From assembly GCA_963741205.1 (NCBI GenBank), contig CAVUHW010000026.1, positions 288,001 through 352,000 of the forward strand: a stretch of DNA of 64,000 nucleotides. The letters run 5' to 3'. The position numbers were made by a program, and so were the translations under genes. The notes under the pieces are model-generated. The model had not been told where the DNA came from. It did no database searches and saw nothing but the letters and a program-made list of their open reading frames with translations. Positions 58,057-64,000 of this stretch are shown piece by piece. The DNA comes from Nitrospirota bacterium. Lineage in GTDB: Bacteria; Nitrospirota; UBA9217. Positions within the stretch are counted from its first letter, which is position 1, and every line of letters starts with the position of its first letter.

Positions 58057-59708
58057 TGAACTACCCGCCACTGAACCAATTACATGGTTGCAGTAGGGGT
58101 TTCACGGATCATAGAAGCATGCAGTCCCTGGGTAGTTCCCAAGGCGTGTCTTATCTGCTTCTCCCCGTGCGTAACTTCGGCCGGTTCCCGGCCTAGTGTT
58201 TCCTTCTTCCTTAACCGCATGGCGCGTTTGTGATGCTTTACGGCAATTTCGCCGGACACAAGCATTTCTATGCCGCGCTTCTTGATAACGAGAGACGCAT
58301 TGGTATCGGCGTTTTCCGTAAAGCCACAGCTCTGGCAATCGAACACCGCCTGTGACTGGCGGTTGTCCGGGTGAGTGTGCGAACACTTCGAACTCTCCTG
58401 TGAGGTGCCGTGCGGCGGTATGGCGATAACGAGCTTGTTGCGTCGTGAGGCTTTATACATGGTAAAGAGTTTTACCTTGCCCCACGCTGATTCGAGTATG
58501 GACTTGTTGAGACCGGCCTTGGCCTTTGCCCCGTTCGCAATATACGTCCCGCCGGCTGACTTCTTCGGCTTTGGCGCTCTGGTCATGTTCTTGACCTTGA
58601 GGTCCTCGAAGACGAACACCTCCGCGGGTGAATCCACGAGCTTGCGGCTGGCCTTATGCGCGAAATCATGCCTCACATTGGCAGCATACACCTGGCAACG
58701 GGCTGATTTCGCAGCTAATTGCTTAAAGCGGCCGGATCCTTTGATCCGCCTCGCCAATTGCCTCTGATATCTCTTCTTCCGGGCATCCTTTTTTACCAGT
58801 CGCTCTTTTTGGATGCCGGAGAAGTCATGCACCGAGCCGTCGCTCGTTGCCAGCGGGATTACAACCCCTCGGTCCATTCCCAGGGTAACGGTATTGAGAC
58901 TCTCTGATGACATGCCGCCGTAAAGCTCGAGAAGTTCCTGCTCGCTCAAAACTGTGCCTTGCTTCTCATAGGAGAACGAGACATACCATTTCCCGGACTC
59001 CCGGGAAATGGTGATAGCCGCCGGAATTTCGTACTCATCATGAGCCTTGAACTTAAGTTCGCCCAGATCGACCGACTTTGTGCCAAGCATCAGCCGGTGC
59101 TCATATATTGTTTTGTCCTGCCGCTGTTTTGAGCCTCCAGTAGGAACGAACCTGAATAGCTCGCTGGTAATCCAGACGGACTGCCGTCCAGCCTTCTTTT
59201 TATAAGCAGGGCGACCAGCCAGTCCTGTCAGGTACCTCTTGTAGGAGCCCATGAACCTGGTTGCGCCGTTCCTTAGGATCTGAGACGGCACATCGTATAA
59301 AAACGGAGTGAGTTCCTTGTCCTTGAACTGGGAGTACTGCTGATCAATCGGCGGCTGTAGTCCGGTTAGCGACAGTGAGTGATTCCGGAATGTTCGGAAA
59401 TAACGCTCCTCGGCAACCTTGGCGTTGTAGATAAACCGCTGGCAGCCCATCCACTGCGCGAGAATATCGGACTGCTCCGTTGTCGGGTAGCAACGGAATT
59501 TTATGCCGCTTGAAATCGCCATATTTCTAATATAGGTGATGAATCCTGATAGTGCAACTAAATAAAACGCTGCAGCCATCAGCCTATATTATAAGATTGC
59601 AGTATCGTTTTTAGTAGCACAAACAATGGCACGAATCCACGCCCAAAACAGTCCGCTTGACCCCCTCCTGGCGCTTCGCCCCTAGCAGGGGGAATGCGCG
59701 GACTTTAG
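58057..59708 (-). mobile_element. IS200/IS605-family element lacking intact tnpA
   Basis: tnpB plus right end GAAACCCC...CAGTGGCGGGTAGTTCA and left-end hairpin CCCCCTCCTGG...GCAGGGGGAATGCGCGG; exact boundaries approximate. Confidence 0.8.
58080..59522 (-). CDS. tnpB: RNA-guided endonuclease TnpB
   Basis: KFRCYPT...GCQRFIYN HTH; RuvC LGMDRG, VFEDL, NADTNA; Zn ribbon ESSKC...CQSCG. Confidence 0.93.
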   Translation of the reverse strand: MAISSGIKFRCYPTTEQSDILAQWMGCQRFIYNAKVAEERYFRTFRNHSLSLTGLQPPIDQQYSQFKDKELTPFLYDVPSQILRNGATRFMGSYKRYLTGLAGRPAYKKKAGRQSVWITSELFRFVPTGGSKQRQDKTIYEHRLMLGTKSVDLGELKFKAHDEYEIPAAITISRESGKWYVSFSYEKQGTVLSEQELLELYGGMSSESLNTVTLGMDRGVVIPLATSDGSVHDFSGIQKERLVKKDARKKRYQRQLARRIKGSGRFKQLAAKSARCQVYAANVRHDFAHKASRKLVDSPAEVFVFEDLKVKNMTRAPKPKKSAGGTYIANGAKAKAGLNKSILESAWGKVKLFTMYKASRRNKLVIAIPPHGTSQESSKCSHTHPDNRQSQAVFDCQSCGFTENADTNASLVIKKRGIEMLVSGEIAVKHHKRAMRLRKKETLGREPAEVTHGEKQIRHALGTTQGLHASMIRETPTATM

Positions 59709-59714
59709 TTCATT

Positions 59715-60794
59715 TCAAACTGCGCTGTCGGTTCCTTCTTTTTGCGTTGATGAAAATTGTACGGGGGACATCTCGGGGCCGAGCAATACTGCGACCCAGC
59801 GTGCGCTTTTACTGTTTTCACAGGCAAACTTCAGGGTCATGGTCAACGGTACGCAAAGAACCACGCCGATAAAACCAAGCAGGCCCCCCCAAAATATAAG
59901 TGAGAGAAGGACTACCAGCGTGGACAGGCCGAGCCTACGACCCATGAGCACTGGCTCAGCAATGTTGCCGAGCAGGAAGTTAACGGCCAGATATCCGGAA
60001 GCCGCGAGCGCAGCGCGGCCTAGCCCGAGCTGGAGGAGGGCGAGAAGGACCGCGGGAATGGAGGCGATAAGGGCGCCGACATTAGGCACGTAGTGAAGCA
60101 GGAATGCCAGGAAACCCCAGAGAATCGGAAAATCCACACCGAGAATCGTCAGCCAGAGTCCGATTAAAAACCCCACGGTCAGGCTCATCGCCGTTTTGAT
60201 GACCATATAGCGGTTGATGTCGTAGACGAACCCCATAAACGGGTGAAAGTCCTTCACCGGATCGCCGAGGACTGCGTGGAGTTTGCCGGGAAAGCTTGAG
60301 GCCTCAAGGAGTATGAAGGTTACCAGGAACAGAATCACGACGATTTCGAACATCACTGAGCCCAGCGTCGTGAGCACACGGGCGGTCTGTGCTTTTACTG
60401 CTTCCGGTATGATCTGCTCCAGGAGAAAGGCCTCCGTGAACGGGATACCCTTGGATGCCAAATACGTCTGGAGTGAGGAGACGTCCTTTTGGAATCGCGA
60501 CTGATAGTAGGGAAGGTCCATGTAAAAGCTGTCGAGCGATGTGCCGACGAGAACTCCGATAATGACCAGAATAGCTGCCATGCCGGTCACTACGAGCACT
60601 ACCGCGGCTGCATAGGGGATGCGTTTTTGCTCGAGCCAGAGGACTGACGGCGTGCCGATGGCTGCCAGGAATACAGCGACAAGGATTGAGGACAAGACCG
60701 ATTGTGCCTGGTGAATAACTACGATGATGATCATGAGCGCCGCTACAATGACAAGGATGCGTGCGCCGCGATGTGAATCGTTTTGTTCTGTCAT
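59715..60794 (-). CDS. AI-2E family transporter (TqsA/YhhT-like)
   Basis: RYMVIKT, HYVPNVG, GNIAEP, GLSTLVVLLSLIFWG. Confidence 0.9.
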   Translation of the reverse strand: MTEQNDSHRGARILVIVAALMIIIVVIHQAQSVLSSILVAVFLAAIGTPSVLWLEQKRIPYAAAVVLVVTGMAAILVIIGVLVGTSLDSFYMDLPYYQSRFQKDVSSLQTYLASKGIPFTEAFLLEQIIPEAVKAQTARVLTTLGSVMFEIVVILFLVTFILLEASSFPGKLHAVLGDPVKDFHPFMGFVYDINRYMVIKTAMSLTVGFLIGLWLTILGVDFPILWGFLAFLLHYVPNVGALIASIPAVLLALLQLGLGRAALAASGYLAVNFLLGNIAEPVLMGRRLGLSTLVVLLSLIFWGGLLGFIGVVLCVPLTMTLKFACENSKSARWVAVLLGPEMSPVQFSSTQKEGTDSAV

Positions 60795-61153
60795 GGCCGG
60801 GGACCTCGAATCGACGCCGAGTAAATGCCTCTTGCGATTATCATATCAAATTATGGAATTCTTTGAGGGAATTCGTAGGGAGGGTCAGGGCCAGGGTTTC
60901 AGGGTCAGCTCTTGCGGTGTGACAATCACCTTTCACGATCAAACCAGCTTCAGGCCGGAATGTTTTGCAATTGCCTTGAATGTCTGTCGCGGGTATAAAG
61001 TGGAACGCCTCTTTGTCAGCGGTAAAATCCTGAGGCTAAGATGTTCCGATGCTTCCGCCAAAAGGTATGGTATAATGCTGCCCGATGATGGCCTCGGCTC
61101 GATGAAAAAAAATAACTCCGGTCACTGCCTCTTTGACCTATCGGGTTGCCTGC

Positions 61154-61909
61154 ATGGTCTTTTATCTGAAATTTCCCCTCCTTTTCACAGCCGGCCTTGC
61201 CGCGGGGCTCATTGACTCCATGGCCGGAGGCGGCGGGCTCATAACCATCCCCGTGCTCCTCGGCATGGGCATGCCGCCCCAGACAGCGCTCGGCACCAAC
61301 AAGCTCCAAGGCACGTTCGGCTCGGGAAGCGCCATGCTTCACTTTGCCCGGGCCGGCACCGTGAACCTCAGGGACTGCGCCGCAGGGGTCGCCTGGACCG
61401 CTATCGGCGCCGCCCTCGGCTCGATGGCCGTGCAGACCCTCGACCCGGCCTTGCTCCGCAGCGCCATTCCCCTCTTGCTCATCGCCATCGCCCTCACCAT
61501 GCTTTTCTCGCCAAGGCTCGGCATGGCGGACGTCCGTGAACGGATGGGGAAAAATCCGTTCTATCTTCTCTTCGGCCTGGCGATCGGGTTCTATGACGGC
61601 TTTTTCGGGCCCGCGACGGGCACCTTCTGGGCCATGGCATTCGTCCTCTGCCTCGGGTTCAACCTGACCCGCGCCACTGCCTACACCAAGGTGATGAACT
61701 TTACAAGCAACCTTGTCTCCCTCGTCTTTTTCCTGGCTGCTGGATTCGTCTCTCTTCCCGAGGGGATCGTTATGGGGCTGGGTCAGTTCGCGGGCGCCCG
61801 CATCGGCTCCCGCCTGGTCATTACCCGGGGAAGCCGCTTCATCCGGCCGGTGTTCATCGCCGTGGTCGTCGCCGTCAGCGCAAAGCTCCTCTGGCAGAAT
61901 TTCAAATGA
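61154..61909 (+). CDS. TSUP (TauE/SafE, YfcA-like) transporter
   Basis: DSMAGGGGLITIP, ALGTNKLQ, GFYDGFFGP, NFTSN. Confidence 0.9.
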   Translation: MVFYLKFPLLFTAGLAAGLIDSMAGGGGLITIPVLLGMGMPPQTALGTNKLQGTFGSGSAMLHFARAGTVNLRDCAAGVAWTAIGAALGSMAVQTLDPALLRSAIPLLLIAIALTMLFSPRLGMADVRERMGKNPFYLLFGLAIGFYDGFFGPATGTFWAMAFVLCLGFNLTRATAYTKVMNFTSNLVSLVFFLAAGFVSLPEGIVMGLGQFAGARIGSRLVITRGSRFIRPVFIAVVVAVSAKLLWQNFK

Positions 61910-62001
61910 GTTATGCAGTCATCATCTCGACAATAAACCTGAAAACGGCAGTTGTTCTCGCAAAGCCGCAAAGCACGCAAAGAAAACCGAAGACGGAGAA
62001 A

Positions 62002-62185
62002 TGAACCTCCCGCAGCAAGCTGCGGTGTATCTGATCTTAATTTTCGCCCCTCCCTTGATGGGAGGGGAACAAGGGGAGGGTGAAGTATCCGCCGTGCATC
62101 ACCGTCACCCCCACCTAACCTCCCCCATCAAGGGGGAGGGATCTAAGAGGTGACCCCGTAGCAAGCTACGGGGAATTGCAAGTTA
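62002..62185. mobile_element. Miniature IS200/IS605-derived element (PATE-like) with a nested REP-like palindrome
   Basis: End hairpins CCGCAGCAAGCTGCGG and CCCCGTAGCAAGCTACGGGG enclose CCCTCCCTTGATGGGAGGGG...CCTCCCCCATCAAGGGGGAGGG. Confidence 0.6.
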
Positions 62186-62343
62186 AAATGTATGTACCTG
62201 CCTGGCGATTCTGTAAGAATACGACATTTCTGCTTGGGGTTGACATGCTCCGTCACCCCCTTGCAATTCCGACAGGGTTATAGTACGCTTTTCAAGAGAG
62301 CTGCTGGTTACGATGATGATCTGATCACGAGCAGGAGGATGCC

Positions 62344-63522
62344 ATGAAAACAAAGAATGGACCGAGCGGTCTTAACCGGAGAGAGTTCCTGAAGGCCAGC
62401 GTAGCAGGCACCACCGCTGCAATGATGGGCGGCAGTTCCCTTGCCGGGGCAGCGCAGCAGCTTGCCTCGCCTGACCCCTTTGCCTTCCCTTCCCCGGTCT
62501 ACCGCACCCTGGGCAGGACCGGGCTCAAGGTCTCGATCGTGAGCTTCGGCGCCATGCTCACACCCGAACCCGAGGTCCTGAAGATCGCCTTTGACCACGG
62601 TGTGAACTACGTTGACACGGCACGGAAGTACATGGACGGCAGGAACGAGGAGATCGTGGCCAGGGCGCTCAAAGGCAGGCGCGACAAGGTGTTCGTCGCC
62701 ACCAAGACCCTCCCGTCCTCGAGGACAAAGGAAGACATCATCCGCGATGTGGAAACGAGCCTCAAGACGCTCGAGACCGATCATATCGACGTGATACAAC
62801 TCCACAACCTCACGGACAAGGACCGCATCTTCATTCCCGAGACACGCGAGGGGCTCCTGGCCTTAAAACAGCAGGGCAAGGTCCGCTTCTGCGGAGTGAC
62901 CACGCACAAGAACCAGCCCGAAGTGCTGAACGCGCTCGTGGACGACAAGGACCGGTTCTTCGATACCTGTCTTGTTGCCTATAACTTCGAAAGCAGCGCG
63001 GACGTTGCAGCGGCCATCGAGCGGGCGGCAAAGGCGGGCATCGGCATCATCGCCATGAAGACCCAGGCAGGCGGATACAAGACCGAGGCCCTCGGTGCGA
63101 TCAGCCCCCACCAGGCTGCGCTTAAGTTCGCGCTCCAGAACCCCTCGATAACCACGGCCATCCCCGGAATGAAGGACCTGTCGCAATTCAGGGAGAATGT
63201 GGCTGTCATGGGCATGACCTTCAAGGCGGCCGATGCCCGGATCCTGCAACGCTACCATGCCGCAGTGGCCGGGTTCTACTGCGATCTTTGCGGCACCTGC
63301 GAAGGAACCTGTTCCCGGGGCGTGGACATCTCCACGGTCAACCGCTCGCTCATGTATGCCGAAGGCTACCAGGACCGCGAGCTCGGCCGCAAGACGTACC
63401 AGGAGCTCCCCCGCTCCCTCTCCGCTGACGCCTGCCTTGACTGCCCTGTCTGCACGGCCCGATGCGTCAAGGGCCTGAACATCGCGGCCAAGATGGAGCA
63501 GGCGCGGACCCTGCTGGCATAG
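62344..63522 (+). CDS. Aldo/keto reductase with Tat signal and C-terminal 2x[4Fe-4S] domain
   Basis: NRREFLK, YRTLGRTG, YVDTARKY, IAMK, CDLCGTCEGTC, CLDCPVCTARC. Confidence 0.88.
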   Translation: MKTKNGPSGLNRREFLKASVAGTTAAMMGGSSLAGAAQQLASPDPFAFPSPVYRTLGRTGLKVSIVSFGAMLTPEPEVLKIAFDHGVNYVDTARKYMDGRNEEIVARALKGRRDKVFVATKTLPSSRTKEDIIRDVETSLKTLETDHIDVIQLHNLTDKDRIFIPETREGLLALKQQGKVRFCGVTTHKNQPEVLNALVDDKDRFFDTCLVAYNFESSADVAAAIERAAKAGIGIIAMKTQAGGYKTEALGAISPHQAALKFALQNPSITTAIPGMKDLSQFRENVAVMGMTFKAADARILQRYHAAVAGFYCDLCGTCEGTCSRGVDISTVNRSLMYAEGYQDRELGRKTYQELPRSLSADACLDCPVCTARCVKGLNIAAKMEQARTLLA

Positions 63523-63530
63523 GAGGCCGG

Positions 63531-64000
63531 ATGAAGAAAACCAAGCCGATCACGGGGCTCGTTTCTTTTCTCATCGTCATTGTCCTGCTTGCCGCCCGAA
63601 CGGCGCCGGCAGCGGATCAGGATCTGATCAAACGCATGCCTTCGCCCGCCTGTGCCGAAGGCTGGGTCATGGACGGGAACGTGACCCTCTATGACAAGGA
63701 CTCGCTCTTTGACCGGATCAACGGCGAGTCGGAGCTCTTCTTCCCTTACGGGTTCGAGGTGCTGGCCTACGCACGGTACGAGAGCAGACAGAACCCGAAG
63801 ATCGCCATTGATATGGATGTGTACAAGGTTGGCTCTCTTCTGGACGCCTTCGGCCTGTTCTCGATGTTCCGAAGAAAGGACGCTGTTGAGGCGGCCATCG
63901 GCGCGGGCGGGACGCTGTCGCCGTCACAGCTCTTCTTCTATCAGGACAGGTACTTCGTGCGGCTTCAGGTGACGGGCGCAACAAGCGTGGACCAGGAGGC
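63531..64000 (+). CDS. Secreted DUF6599-like protein (truncated by window end)
   Basis: Open frame from ATG 63531 with AGGAGG RBS; signal peptide, LFDRINGESELFFPYGF, DAFGLFS. Confidence 0.7.
   Translation, partial: MKKTKPITGLVSFLIVIVLLAARTAPAADQDLIKRMPSPACAEGWVMDGNVTLYDKDSLFDRINGESELFFPYGFEVLAYARYESRQNPKIAIDMDVYKVGSLLDAFGLFSMFRRKDAVEAAIGAGGTLSPSQLFFYQDRYFVRLQVTGATSVDQE

Noticed and set aside
61070-61140. Possible fluoride-type riboswitch upstream of the TSUP gene
   Set aside because: Only a GATG-like word matches; the pseudoknot and conserved 3' segment are absent.

Overview
This is a roughly 57% GC bacterial chromosomal window. Gene content and style suggest Nitrospirota or a deltaproteobacteria-like lineage (inference). 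Many core genes (groEL, aconitase, malic enzyme, ftsEX, envC, sdhC, livG) carry single-base frameshifts, most likely long-read consensus errors. From start to end it contains: two-component genes; an orphan CbbQ/NorQ-CbbO/NorD pair; ArnT-like and MFS genes; a cytochrome P460-family gene; a large TCA cluster (acn-gltA-SSADH-ThDP decarboxylase, then gdh, malic enzyme, fumC, sdhCAB) interrupted by an accessory island with two sigma54 promoters and a c-di-GMP-I riboswitch; livKHMGF-acuB, polX, pgk, an OFA transporter and acuC; a small cargo array punctuated by three 28-bp direct repeats downstream of groEL; groESL with CIRCE; ftsEX-envC-ctpA; split transketolase; a RomY-like gene; tRNA-Leu(CAA); a tnpA-deleted IS605-type TnpB element plus a miniature relative; and transporter and oxidoreductase genes. 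Top leads: (1) a cyanobacteria-type 2-oxoglutarate decarboxylase/SSADH TCA bypass co-oriented with citrate synthase and aconitase; (2) the repeat-delimited cargo array at 44.7-47.1 kb; (3) the sigma54 / Zn-finger / riboswitch module.
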